Origin: Lama guanicoe
Taxonomy: Eukaryota
Assembly: GCA_013239625.1 (NCBI GenBank)
Contig: MU054122.1
Coordinates: forward strand, 398,773-462,772
Length of the DNA: 64,000 nucleotides
Reading direction: 5' to 3'
Shown piece by piece: positions 25,623 through 39,678 of this stretch (position 1 is its first letter; every line of letters begins with the position of its first letter). The notes below the pieces were generated by a model. The model was not told the origin of the DNA and did no database searches. It saw only the letters and a list, made by a program, of their open reading frames with translations. Made by a program: the position numbers and the translations under genes.

Positions 25623-28600
25623 AAAGATAATACAATATGGCTACATGTTCATTAAAAGCACTTAGAATTTATACAGAAAAGAATGATATAAAGTGACACT
25701 TTTTTTTCACTGTAGTAAAGATTCATCTGGAAGAGAAGCTGGTGGCAAGAACTTTAAGTTGCTATAAATAGTAAATGTGTGAGTCTTAGGCTACACAGAG
25801 TTATGTGTACTTTACATAAAGCAGCAAATGTCTACTGCCCAACCCTCTTTATTTCCCATATCCTGCTGTCCTTCTTGAGGGTGTAGGGGAGTAGGGTGTG
25901 AGGGTTATCACTTACCATCATCTGACACACTAAGCACACATAAATATACAAATTTGCTTATTTGTTTATTGTTTATCTCTAAATACAATCCAAATTCAAA
26001 TGTAAGCTTCATGAGGGCAGGGATGATGTAATCTCTGCTATTTTCTCCAGCACCTAGAACAGTTCCAGACTTACAGTAAATATTCTTGAAAGGAAGGAAA
26101 GAAGGGAGAATGGGAGGATGGGAGGCGGAGGGAGAGAGTGAGAGAGAGATCAGGGAGAGAGGGAGAGAGGAAGAAAGTAAAGAAAGGCTAAATTAAATGA
26201 GACAACTTAGTCCAATGTCAAGTGCCCAGATTTGGAAGTTAGAACTAAATTCATCTTGCTAGTTCTCTGACCTCACACAAAATACTCCAAGTCTTTGAAC
26301 CTCAAGTTTCTCATCTGTTAAATGGAGATAATATTACTTACATTGCATAGTTGCAAGAATAGGAAATGTAAAAAATGTCTGGTATAATGCCTTTCAAGGA
26401 ATAAACCATTAATAAACAGAAGACTAATATGAAAAGAGAAAAAAAAGTAAGTAGTTTTTTTTAGGAAAGATGTATGACTAAGTTTTGCATTCTGCCCAGG
26501 TACTTTAGTGGAAATGGGATTTTAGTGGGAAGAAAACACCTGATGGGGTCTTTTTGGTTTAGGAATTAGAGAACCTTTTGCAAATCAGAGACTTTGGCAC
26601 GAGCTGTATACACAGTAGAAGTTGTTAACGGAAATGATTCTATATGCGGCATACTATGTGTATTTACTCCCTGAAATGACTCAGATCCTTCTTAGGGAAA
26701 AAAAAATTTGAAAAAAAGAAATCAGTTACATAAGTTGATTGTTATACCATGTGATAAGAAATTATAAGTTCTCATTAATCATTTTGAATAGAAAATAAGT
26801 GATATAAGATTTCGGCAATCCTACGCTCCACAGCAACAGAATAGCAACAGGCAGATCTTGAACATGTGGAATTGCATTTTCTTTTAGTTCATCCAGTTTG
26901 TGTTCCTTGGCTTATTATTCATGCATTCTGTAAGTCCGAATTTCTAAGATGCTTATCATAGAGGGTAAGGTCATAAGTCTCAGTACTTATTTTGAAAGGG
27001 ATTGGAATGATTTATTCCATAATATTACAAACACAGATGAAACAGCAATTTCTCCTGCGATCCTTGATATTTTCCAAATCCCATTCAATGATTTTTACTA
27101 TATTTTCAAACAATATCATGTCTCTTATCTGAAATGTTTAGGTTGGGGAAGGGACAAAGCCATCACAAAGGGAAACGAAATCTCACCTCGGGTTTTACAT
27201 GTTTAAAAATATCTACAACAGCACACTTGCTCCCAAATTACTCACAGGAGGGAAGATAGCAGGGATGGCAATCACACAGATTTTCAGTCTCCCCAGATCA
27301 CCCCCCCAGCAAAAATAGACAGAACAAATTGAGACCGCAAAACAAAAAACCATGCGCAACATCAAACAAGAAAGCGACAAGGTATTCCCATGGGCAGGAG
27401 GGGCCAAAACCCTAGCAGCAACAACACAGTGTTGACAACTACAGGAGGTACAGAAAAACAAGGGACTTCCAACCAACAGCCCAGAACTTGGATGGCCATC
27501 AGGTGCCCACTCGCAAAGGGGAGTCCTCTCCCAGCATGGACAGCTCTTCAGGTCAATGGGATACAGCAGCCAAGACTGGGAGGGGCTTTGCAGACTCCAG
27601 ATGCCCCGTAAGCTCTCAGATTGCTCAGATCACAACGCATTTAAAAAGATAAAGAAGTCATTGTAATTCCAAAAGCTAACACTCGCAATGAAGAGACGAC
27701 AAGCATCAATAATTCTGCACTCAAATACTCAGCACCGCTTTCATAAAGCAGAGACTGCAGGATAAATCCCCCGAATGAAGAGAAACCGCTGAGCATTGCA
27801 TGTAAACAGAACAGATTGGGGGCACTAAAGGCAAAGGGAAGAGAAAAAAGCCAGATGAAGGTAGGAGGGGGAGCAAAAAGGCAACATGTCTCAGAAGGAG
27901 CTGAACACACCACAATAACAACAGAAAATGGAACTCTAGATCGTTTAACCAAGGAAAGATATTCTGGACTCCATCCCCTCAAAGAGCACAAAACAACGAT
28001 CAATGATCTACTGCAGTGACTGGGGTTGAGTCCATATGATGTTATTTTAAGAAAAAAATAAAATATCTTGTATGACGACATACAGAAAATCCCACGCTCC
28101 CTCTCTCCCTGCCGTAAATAGGCACTGAACATCTTCCATGTGAGACAAGTTCTGCTCGACACTGAGGATATGGAATGAACGAAATAGACCTGGTTTTGTG
28201 GATTTTACAGGATAGCACAGAGACATACAGGTCACAAAATTTAGTATATAATTATAACTTGGCATGTACTTTATAGCTACGTATAGGATACTATAAGACA
28301 TAGGGGAACTAATTTAGATTGAATTGAAGCAATGGGAAGGACCAGTGATTGCCCTTTTAGAAGGAAACGACATTTAAGTTGAAGCTTGCAGGTTGAGTCC
28401 ATGCGAAACAAGGCGTGAGAAGAACACCCTCATTGTCAGGCTGCACAAAACACAGGAAGAACCAGAACAGGTCGAGTCCTGGGGAAGAGCGGGCCAGTTT
28501 GAATAACTCAATGGATGGTAGACACTAAGGAATCTCAGATGAAGGCCTATACCTAAGATGAGACTGAAAAGACAAGTGCAATAGTATTTTCACTCTGAAA

Positions 28601-28696
28601 TTTCATTGTATTGCAAAGCTAATTCTCAGATTCTAATTTTCCTGCAGAGTCTAATCTCTGTTGTACATCCTTCTTAGGTTCCATGGCCTGTCGTTC

Positions 28697-29308
28697 TGTT
28701 AGAGCAGGCAGGTAGCTAGATGAGAGCAGAGAAATGGGGACATGGGCAAATGGCAGAAAGTCATACGTCTTGTGAACAACGGGGGTCCTTGGACAGGCCA
28801 AGAAAAGCAGGATTCTCTGGACTAATAAAAATCCATACCTTCTGGGTTGGTAAGTGTCCTGGAGGTGGGAGAGTGGGACAGGACAGGAATCCTCACCATC
28901 TGAATGTAACCTTTCGATCATTATGACCTCCATCCAAATGTAACCTTTGCTTATCATACCCCCATCCTAATGTAACCTTTTGTTCATTGTGACTCATCCA
29001 ACTTCCTGATCAAGACTAAATAAGGATGAAAAATCCCTCCTCCCCACCTGGGAAGGTGGAGCTGGGATGAAGAGCAGGAAATATGGCCCCAAACCCCTCC
29101 CCACTGATGAATATTCTGCACATTCATTTTTACACTCATATAAAGAGCTTGCCAAGGAAACTCGGGGCAGCCACCCACCTGGGTCTGCCCGCTCTTCCCT
29201 CAAGAGCATACTACCTGTCCCTTAATAAATCCTCGCTTTGCTTTCTTAACCTCCACATCTTGTCTCTGAATTCTTTCTGCAAAAGACAAGAACCTTTTGC
29301 CCTCAACA
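28697..29308 (+). mobile_element. ERV1 (gammaretrovirus-like) solo LTR, 612 bp
   Basis: TGTT...AACA termini, perfect 4-bp TSD GTTC (28693-28696, 29309-29312), TATAAA 29139-29144, AATAAA 29224-29229. Confidence 0.88.
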
Positions 29309-31293
29309 GTTCTGTGTTCCCAAGAAATGTTTTACCAGGCACAGTGGTTCAATAAATCTGCTCAATTTTTTTTAAGTTAATAATAGACAGGGAACTATTC
29401 CTGTAGACGGTGAAATCATGTCATAAAGACATGAGCCTAAAACAGTAAACACTTTCACCTACTGTTTCCAAATGAGCTAAGAGAATTTGGGGAAATGACA
29501 GAAGTTATGGAAGAGAGCCATGAGCCAGGGTTAGAAAATGAGATGACTGGACAAGAGTTTGAAAAGTGAGCTGAGAGAGTTTAAAAATCAGAAGCAAAGG
29601 AACAAAATAACTTCAGAAATGAGCAAAAGTAAGACCAGCACAAGGACAAATCAACATCCTAAGAAAAGATGGAAAATCGAATGGGAAGAAAATTAAAAAC
29701 AGAAAGAAAGAAAGAGAAAGAGAAAAAGGACTGGAGAGACAGTAATAAATTATTCAGAAAAATGTCCCTGATATAAAGAAGATCTGTATCTATAGATTTA
29801 AAGAGCACATGAGGACCCTGGAAAATCAGCCCAGAGTGGCCAAAATGAGACGTATTTTAGTAAATCTATGAACTTAAATAAAAGGTGGGAAATAAAGACC
29901 CTTTGGACAACAAAGCAAAAGGACCAAGCCTCTCACTAGAGAAAGAAAATAAAGTGACATTAGACTTCTCAATAGCAACATTTTGTGCCACAGGACAATA
30001 CAGTAACATTCAGGATACAAAAGCTAAGAAAATGTGGCCAAGGATTTTGTATCCAGTAAAACAGGAGTTCTGGTTCAAAGTCATACAGCAGTGATTATGA
30101 ACCTGCAAGAACTCGGGAGTGTGCTTCTCCTGGGCACTTCCTGAAGAATCCACTTGAAAATGACTTGGACGACCAAATGACGAAAAAAGGGTTTGGCATA
30201 ATGACTGGCTGTGAGCACTGAATATATATTTAATCTGTAAAATTATGTGATAGCATAAGAAAGACAGTGCAGTTATAACTCTCATATGGTAGAGTCCAAC
30301 TATAAATAATTATAATTCAAAGTTTTCTTTAAAGGGCAATCTCTATAAATGAAAGCAAAATGAAATGAAACCCAACTGTTCATCCAGTTGATGGCATAAG
30401 CTATAGAGAGAAAGTATTTCAAGTGACTTTAAAATGTGGCAATCTGGTGATACATCTCTGATGGCATAAACTCTAAAAACAAATGAAATAAATATTGGCT
30501 ATTTCAGTAATGCAAGTCTGTAGCTATTGTCATATTCTATAGGGGAAATCTAGTCATTCTATGACTGTTGTTAGGACCCAAGATTTTCAGCAAGAGAGAA
30601 AAAAAGATAAAGTCAAGGAATTAAGTTAAAACTCCATAACCTAAAATTTCTACTGAAAAAGTACTAATGTATACTATTAATGTAATTTTAAAATATATAC
30701 ATATGCACATGTATTTCATAGTTTTGTCCATTAAAAGGTCTTGTTAACAATAATTAAAGTAGCAAAGAGCTACCCTAGAGTTCAGGTTTGTAATTTATAA
30801 ATACCATTTTGTACTAAAAGAAACCAGAGCTTCTTGGATAAATGGTTGATTCCAGGTCTAGTGCAAGAAATGGACAAGATGAACCTAAAATATCCTGTAA
30901 TGCCAAAATGAGCCTAAAATATTATGTCCAAATCTGAAGAGCCTTTAGCTGGCCAACAGCGGAATAATTTGAACATCAAAGAAATATTAACTGCAATGAA
31001 TTGAAGCATGTCAAGTATATTTAAATCCATTAGTCAGTAATGAGACTACAAAAAAAATCTCATGGTCACATTGGGAAAATCTAAGGAATCAAATAGTTAT
31101 TTTGAAAACTGATAAAGGTAAAATGAAGGCAAGTAGTTACCTTGCCTTACATGCTTGAACTCGTCTCAGGACAATCATTGATAGGGGTAATTTGACAGTA
31201 TTTTAGATAATAAATGAAGAGAGAGTGATAAAATCAGAATATCACCACATTCACCAACCTTAATGAAATAATGAATCTAAATCTAAGCAATGA

Positions 31294-31401
31294 GGAGGCA
31301 GGGGTACAGCTCAGTGGTAGAGCATGTGCTTGGCATGTGTGAGATCCTGGGTTCAATCCCCAGTACTTCCATTTTTAAAAAAAAGATTAAAAAAGAAAAA
31401 G
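31294..31401 (+). mobile_element. Vic-1-type SINE
   Basis: GGGGTACAGCTCAGTGGTAGAGC..GGTTCAATCCCCAGTACTTCC, A tail, TSD TAAATCTA(AGC/GCT)AATGA. Confidence 0.88.
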
Positions 31402-34400
31402 TAAATCTAGCTAATGATCATTAATGATTATTGATTCACAGAGAGCCAACCAGAAAAGCTGCTTCCTGATAAAAGAACACAAAGCCCCTTAAGAAGTCTG
31501 GCCATCAAAATTGTGAACCTGAATGATAAAACCTTCAACTCTCACCACTCAGTTGACAGGAGATGTGAGAAAGAGGAAGATGTGAAACCATATACCACTG
31601 GGATGCAATTAGAAAATTTCAGGATACGGGAAGTTTAGTTTCTTTAAGAAATCAATTATAATGAAAAATGAAAGAGAGAAGGAGAAAGGAGAAATCTATG
31701 GATAAAAAGAAACTTAAAAAATATATCAACAAACTGCAGCGTATGGACCTTCTTTGGCTCTTAATTCATACAAATCAACTGTGCAAAAATTATGACTCAG
31801 ACAAATGTAAACACTAACTCAATAGGTAATAATATTAAGAAATTATTGTTAATATTTTTAGGTTTAATAATGATGGTCTGGGTGTATTTTAAAAGGCTCC
31901 TTCTGCTTTAGGGACGTATACTAACATATTTTTGGATCAAAGAATATCATAAGATTTACTTCAATAAAAAATGAACTTGCCTCAGAATAATCTTCTGAGG
32001 GAGAAGAATATAAATGAGCCATGGCTGGCCTTGAGTTGATAATTGTTCAAACTGAGTAAAGAAACTTGGGGTTTCTCGCGTAATTCTCTGTGCCTTTGTA
32101 TAAGTTTGAAATTGCCCATCATGAAGAATTTAAAACACACACATGGCCATGGTTTTGTTTTTCACTCCAATTTCATCTCAACCAATCCATCTACAATGAG
32201 CATGTTGGATTGATTAACTTTCCAGGTTACCAAGCCACTTGGAAAGGGCTCTAAGTTGAAAGAATAAATCACACTATACATGTGACACATTTCTTTTGAC
32301 CTTGGTATATATCATTTGTCAAAGATTTTAATAAACACTAGGGGGCATAGTGATTGCTTTATACTAAAGAGGCAAAAGAGAAAATGGCTTATCGCACTGA
32401 CATGGACAATACCGCCCATCAATGCTATGGCCTGGTGACAATACTTTTTGAAATTATCCCAATTCTTAATAGAAAAAAATCTTTTTTTCACTAAAATTTT
32501 TTATTCTGCCTCTGCATTACAAGCTCATCTAAACATAATTTATTAAAACTTCTCTGTATGTAGTAATTTTTATTCTTACATTTTTTTCATCCTTCAGTTT
32601 ATTTTAACAGAGCTGTGCCCTGGCTGGAGGCAGAAGCTGAAACTGAACTTTGCATAGTTAAGTAGGAGGAAGTATTTTATATTCTTCAAACTGGGTTGAC
32701 ACAAAGTATTCCATATGCTGCCAAAAAATTTAATATGAAGTAGCCTTGAGCCTTTTCTCTAATATCTGCATATCGCTTCCAGCTTCTCATTCTCATGTCA
32801 TTAATTGGTCCCAAATCTTGTTTTAGCCATCTCGACATTTCTGTCAGCTGATTCTTTTTCTTAACCAAAATAATACATCATTCTATTTTTACAGCGCACA
32901 ACTAATTTAGGGAACCACTGACGCTTTAATGAATGGATTATGATTAAAGTATTCAGCTTCAAAATCCATTATTTTGGACGGGAAATAAACTCACCCAGTG
33001 GGATAGTAGAAAGAACGGAAGATTTGGATGTCTGGACGTCTGCTCGGCTGCATGGCATTGATCTGCTCAGTTCATTTCTCTGTGTCTGCTTCCTCCATTC
33101 ACTCTTTTCTTGAATGGATATTTACGCACCTACTGAAGTGGGCAGCTTTGTGCTAATGCTACCAATACAGTGGTAAACGCAGGATCACATCCTCATGGCA
33201 GTGTGTTTCATGTGAGACTGGAGAGATGTCTAAGAATTGTTGGAGTGGAGAGTTGGGGAGTGTTCAGGGAAAGATAAGTTCAGTGATGCTGAGGAAAGAA
33301 TGGGTATAAAATGGAGAAACATGATTTAGAATGAAGGAGGAAGATAAGAAAGGAGGTGTACCTTGTAGGTAGTAGAATTAAATAAAGTAATGCATTAAAT
33401 CCTTCCAGTTCTAATGTTTATATAATTGGTTAGGAATGGAATCAGAGAATCTTGGCTTTGCCATTTATTATTGCCATGATCATATGTAAATTCTTAGCAT
33501 TTCTTAACCTCAGTGTCCTAACCTATTGAATACTAATATATGTACCTACCTCAAGATTGTTCGGGGGCTCAGATAACATATTTACAGCCTGTGCCTGGTA
33601 TCAACACTCTGTATATAGATGGTGATGCTTATTATTAGTTTTTCCTTTGCCCTTCTCAAAGAAGCTCCTGCATCCTTTATCTGATTTGATTCCAGCAAAA
33701 GTCCTTGGAGAGATTCGAGAGATTTATGACAGTATTATTATTTCTGCTTGACAAATGAGAAAACTTGAGCTCAAGGAGGGGCACAGGAAATGAACAGAAG
33801 AAAAGAGTCTCCTGGCTTCCTGTTCAGCCTGCCTTCTCTCATTACACAATTCTCTTTGTTCCACTTTAGCTTACCTTCAAACAAATAAGGAATCTTAGCA
33901 CAGACTGGGGACTTGTACAGATTTGTTTATCTTACAGCTTAAGACTTCAGCTTATCCTTTGGGTTTTTTCTCTTATTCCAACAGATCGATCTTATACAGA
34001 CACTATTACTTTCATACTAAGCCTTCTTTTTCTGATTGTTAAGGTTATGAATGTCCTGCCAGTCAATGACTTGCTAAGAGGAAGACCAGCCAGCGTTTTT
34101 AGTCATTTTTATGTGCACCATACTCTCTTCTCTGTCATTCTTCCATTACTACAGATCTATGCGCTAAAGCTTTCTTTACAAGCTTCTTCTCAAGAAATCG
34201 GTAAAACTTCCATTAGAAATTGCCTCAGTTGGATGATCGTGTTTGAAATAAGAAGTCACCCTGTCTAGGATTGTGAGTTCATCTTCCCTTGAAAATTCAG
34301 TAGGGTCATTCTTAGCATAGTTTTTACTTGCATTGCAGATCATCAAAAAAAAAAATTTAAAAGCTACCACAATTATATGTGCTGGAAAGTGGAGGGAAGG

Positions 34401-37246
34401 AGGAAGATAGGCGTTAAAGGATGCATTTCAACCATCTTCCCAAATTTAAACACTGTAGAGCTGACTTACTATTTTAAAATGACTGAACAACAGTTCCTCC
34501 CATGAGCTGCTACACAGTTGGGGGTGCAAGGTACAATGACTCCAGCTTAATTCTCTTTCAGAGAAAGCTATGAGTTGATCCAGGAAGAGGAATGAGGGAT
34601 TTTATTCCTGACAGCAACACGAAGGGACATTCACTTTATTGGCTTCCATAACTCTTAAGGAAATATTTCTTCTGCTAATTCACCTAAAATTTGGTTGGGT
34701 ATTAAGTATGCAGCATAGCTGAAGATGTTTCATAAGGATTAGGTATCCATTATGAGTGTGTTGACAAATTGTATACGTTAATTTTCCTAAAGTTGTCACT
34801 CTTGTCTCTATATACCAAACTTCTTACCGCTTTTACAAAATGTTTCCTGATGCTCCCTCTCCCAATCAGATGGGATCTTGCCTAGGACTCAAGCAACAAA
34901 AGCCACTCCTCCACAATCCATGGCCATCTGTACCTCTCTTGAGTTGTGGTTGTTTGGGCCCTTGTCACAGCCCTTAGTAGACTATACATTTCCAGAACTA
35001 AGCCTTTGTTATCGCTCCTTTGTTATCTGTGGCTCCCTGCACCTGGAAGGTAGGAATCTAGGAAATGCACATAGAATAGAATTTTCCTACCTCAAACCAA
35101 AAGTGCTTTATGTACCATAAAAAAAAAAATGAGAGGGGAAAAAATTCATTCCTTTGAAGTCTTTGAAAAAAAGATGTTACCAATGATACAGTATACTTCA
35201 AATTATGGATTTCAGATTCCTAAGCTTTTAATACAAGCCATAAATTTAGGCATCAAATTGTTCTTGCTACAAATGGAAAGAGTGGATGAAGTCTGGGTTG
35301 TAGGCTGATGATACAGGTTGTTTTTTGATGAGAGAAATCTATCAAGAGATCAGAGTCCTACACGCAGCATAATCACTCCCAGTCAGTACTGGGCTATCAA
35401 AGTTCTGATTTTTAAGCATGTTTCCCTGAAAATTATCCCTGGCCATTTGTCTTGAATAGCTATATTTCAAAAATAAGATATTTATTGGGAAAAAAAAGGA
35501 AAGACAAAAGCAAGAAGGTGTGAATATTAATGAAAGATATCTTACTGGCAAAGATTTACAGAACAGGCACAGGAACACACTTGGTTTTGTAGGAATCCTG
35601 TCTCTTTCTATGGACCTTGGAATGATTTCTACTATGAAGTCAAATTTGCAGCTAAGATGCCATCATCACTGATAGTGTTCTGTGCTTCATGTCTGTCAAT
35701 AAACCAACATGTCCTTTAATTTCATAGACATTATAAATTAAATATGTGCATTTTTGTTAAAGACTTAACAAACTCACACGAAATATCCACTAAAATGTTT
35801 AAAAACTGGTGGCTCACCAGTTTGTATATAGTCTTTCCACACAGACCTCTCCTTGTCTCTCCTGACCTCTCACGGTTCCCTGAAAAAGACCAGTCATGAC
35901 AGACAGATTTATTCTCTCTCTAATCCCTGACTTTATACTTCACGTGGCTCCTTGTCTTTATGCTGCTTAAATCACAGTCCTGTCTCTACTATTCTCACTG
36001 GGGAATTTCTCATCAAAAATCTGCACAGATGTGCTCCTTCTATTATTAAAATGAGAATCAAATGATTAATTTCATTTGATGTCTGTGTGATAACTGCCTT
36101 CGAATTCATATGACTAGAGTTGCCCTGTTTCTCCTTAGGAAATGACATGAGTGATCTGGATTTATCTCACGGATGATATGAATTTTGTAGTGGTCTGTGT
36201 TTCCCTTTTTGTTTTGGCTTCCTGGAAGCTCAGAGTTCACCTGGAACCCCAGTTTAGTCAACTCAAAGGGCCTGAGGTCTTGCCTTGTTCCATAATATTC
36301 TCCAGCTTATCTTACTGATGTACTTGTATTTTCTCTAACCTCAATCCTTTTTTTTGAAATTACTCTCACCTTCTATTTTGCCTTTACATCATATCAAAAT
36401 CTTCAGAGAATAAATAAGGATATAAACATATAAATAATTACTTCAGTTACAGACTGCAGTTCAGAGTTATAGTTTTTTTAAAGGGGGATAACTAAGATGA
36501 AAAAATGAATGTTTTTATAGAAAAATATATCTGAAATACAATAACATCATGCCTAATGGTTATCCTCTAGTTATTTGCCTCCAATCTCACCACACTCTAC
36601 TTCCATCTATCACCTTGCAATTAACTGTCTCTCTTAAACACAGATCACATCATGTTACACCTCTGCTCAGACATCTTAGATAGCGCTACCTACAGATCAA
36701 AGATACCTCTAATCTGTCTAGCTTTATCTACCTAGCCTTATCTATCTCCCAGACCACCTCCAATGTGTTCTGCACTCATGCAAATGTGTACAATGCATTT
36801 CTGAACAAACCCTGCCCTTCCCTCCCCACCCTGAAGCCTTTTCCCCTTCTCTTCTTTCCAAAGCAAACAGAAAATCACTCTTGTTCCTTTTTTTACTGAT
36901 CTAACATACTTCCGAGCCTGGTTTAATATTGAGATACAATTTGTTAATGATGATTGTCATGAGCATTTAATTTTAAAACAAACAAACAAAAAAACCCATT
37001 TTCTCATTTTTTTCTAATTAACATAGAAAATTCTTGTTTCACAACTTCCTCTCAAATTGAGCTCCAGAGCTGGATCTTTTAGCCCCAAATTATCTCTCTT
37101 CTGTGATTAATATTAATATTCTGTGATTTATACTCTAGAATATTTAGAAGCAATCTCCCTTAACGATCAAAAGACTTGCCTTTAGAGTCCATCGAATTTG
37201 GGTTCAGCAACTCAATCTCATCTGTAAAATAAGATGATAACACCCA

Positions 37247-39678
37247 TTACAGTTTCTAAATATGTTCACAAATTCTTTGACAACCCTTCCATTCAGAGGC
37301 GGATTCCATGTGCCCTCCTCTTGAAGGGAGGTACGTTTCTGACTTTGTCTGTAGCCAGTAGAATACAGGAGAAAGGATCCTGGGTGATTTCTGAGATTAG
37401 GCCAATCAGGTTGTGTCGTTTCTGCTTTGTTCACGGAGGTGCTCACTTTTGGAGCTCTGAGCTACTCTTTAAGAAGTCCTACTACTGTGAGGCCACCATG
37501 CTGTGAGGACGCCCAAGTCACATAAAGAGGCCATATTTCACACATTTCAGTAGGCAGCCCAGCTGCGGTCCTGGCCAACAGCCACCCTCAGCTGCTAGAC
37601 ATGTGAATGAAGATACTTCCAGATGATTCCAGCCGTCAACTGCCAAGTCATTGCCTGCTCATGGATCCAGCCATCACAGAGTGGAGACAAGACATTTATG
37701 TTGGCCTTGACCAACTTCCTGCGCCATACAATACAGGAGTCTAGAAAAACACTTGTTTTAAGCTGCTCATTTGGAGAGCAAATGACTATGCAGCCATAAT
37801 AACTGGAAGAGAAATTTGGTACCTAGAAGTAGAGTGCTACTATATCATAACCCCGAAAGCATGAGACACTGACTTTGAGACCACTCTTAAGAAGCAGCTG
37901 AATGGATCTTAAGGAGACTGTTAGCAGCCTGGCAAGGCTAGAGGAGGCTGTTAGTGGGAACTTGAAGAAAAGCTAGGAAAATGGTATACAAAGCTAGAAG
38001 AAAGCAAAATCTTATTACCCAGTGGTGCAAACTGGATCTTTTTAGCCAAAATGTCAAATGTGGTAATGTGAAAAATTGGAAATAATCCTAAGGAATTTGA
38101 TGATTTAGCTAAGCAGATTTTTTGCCAAATATTAAAAAGGCTACCTGGCTGCTTCTTGCTGCCTATGATAAGATGCAAGAGGAGAGAGACACACTAAAAG
38201 GCAAACTGTTTAGTGTCAAGTGAAATTTAGAGGAAAGACACAGGAGCTGGAAGTTGCTGGGCTCAAAACTAAAACTGTTCCACATTTCTGGCATCTCCAA
38301 ATGACTTCCAAATTAAGAGTATTTCTAGGGCAAAGACCAAACCTAAAGGGGGAACTGTAAAATCATTTGTTAAAGCCTTATGGAGATCTAAGGCTATGTC
38401 ATATGGAATCTTTCAGACATACAAAAGAACTCCTAAGGCATATCTCATAGACCTCTCTTAGAGGACTTTGAGTAATCTTAAGAATCTTGTCACTCAGCAG
38501 CCTCTCACGTTCCTCGGGATAAAGAGCAGCTCGTCTTAAAGACATCTGTGGTTGTGGCTTTTGTTGACTGTAGTGAAACCTAATAAGATTCAGAGAAAAC
38601 CCACAAGGTTTTAAGGAAATTATATTGATAAAACCATGTCAGCTTGTACTAAGGGATCAAAAGAAACAGTACAAAATGAAGAGTAGCCTTGGGACTGAAC
38701 CCCCAAACTACTTTGGGTAGGATGAAAAGTTTACTCAGGTATAAACATGGGCCAATTCTTACAGAAAATGAAGAATGACTCAAAAGGTGGAGCCAAGAGC
38801 TCCGAAGAAAAAGTCAAGCACCACAAGAAAAATTCCCAAGAAACAGAACTGAGCCCTAATCAAGGGTTTGGCAGCTCATGCATGACTGGATTTCAAAATT
38901 GCTAGGGACCAGTGGCTGCTGTGTGCCTTTCATTCTCTACTGTTTTGAACCAGAATGTATTACCCAATGCCGTCCTGCCACTGGGTGATGGTACATTGGT
39001 GTGTGTAGGATAGATAGTTTGTTTCTTTAGTCCTTGGGTTGTCACATAAAGAAGACCCATTCCTAAGAGCCGTACCTGAGAAATTGTACCCAAGGAGCCT
39101 TATCAACACATAGACTTGATTCTTATGAGGCAGTACTCCTCAAGCTTAAGCCTGGTGACCCTATTTCTGCATGACAGTGAACTGTGGCTTTGATACCCTC
39201 TCTTGAAGAGGTGTGGTCTATGTACCCTCCCTGTGAGTACTGAGCAGACTTGCAATTCACTGGTAATCAACAGGATGCACTTGAAATAACACAGAATGAC
39301 GTCTGAGGCTATTCATGAAAGTCAATGCAGCTTCCTCCTTGTTAGCTAGGACACTCACGTTTAGAGGTCCTGAGACCACCCATGCTAGGAAGAAAGCCAG
39401 GCAACACTGCAGGGCCAGGTGTAGGTTTCCCTGTCAACAGCCCCAACTGGCAGCGAACATCAACTGCCAGATACGCGAGTAAGGGCATTTCCAGAGGATT
39501 CTAGCCCCAGCTTTTATGTTGTCGCTGCTGAGACCTGAGACTTCATGAATCATAGGCAAACCATTTCCTCTGTGCTCTGTCTAAATTCTTGACCGAGAAT
39601 CTGTCAGCATAATAAAATGGTTGTTTCAAGCTGCCAAGTTTTGGGATTATTTGCTGCACAGCAATAGTGACTGGATCA
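37247..39678 (+). mobile_element. Two-LTR MaLR (MLT1) element: 5' LTR ~37247-37810, internal ~37811-39168, 3' LTR ~39169-39678, inserted in a MIR
   Basis: Both LTRs end in GCAGC(C/A)ATA..ACTGGA; the internal part starts GAAATTTGGTACCTAGAAGT; MIR core halves flank it (CTCATCTGTAAAATAAGATGATAA on the left, GGATTATTATGAGGATCAAATGAG on the right). Confidence 0.75.

Larger units (their letters stand above)
27235..32130 (+). mobile_element. Fragmented ancient L1/HAL1-type element(s): 5' region, ORF1 remnant ~29500-30200, L1MC-like 3' region ~30750-32130
   Basis: ORF 29885-30094 (LDFSIATF..WPRILYPVK) resembles ORF1p; AAACCAGAGCTTCTTGGATAAATGGTTGATTCCAGGTCT is an L1MC4-like motif. Interrupted by L2, LTR and SINE insertions. 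Confidence 0.55.

Noticed and set aside
27641..28162. 173-aa minus-strand ORF
   Set aside because: Antisense to A-rich ancient L1/L2-derived sequence; hydrophobic low-information composition and no recognisable domain.
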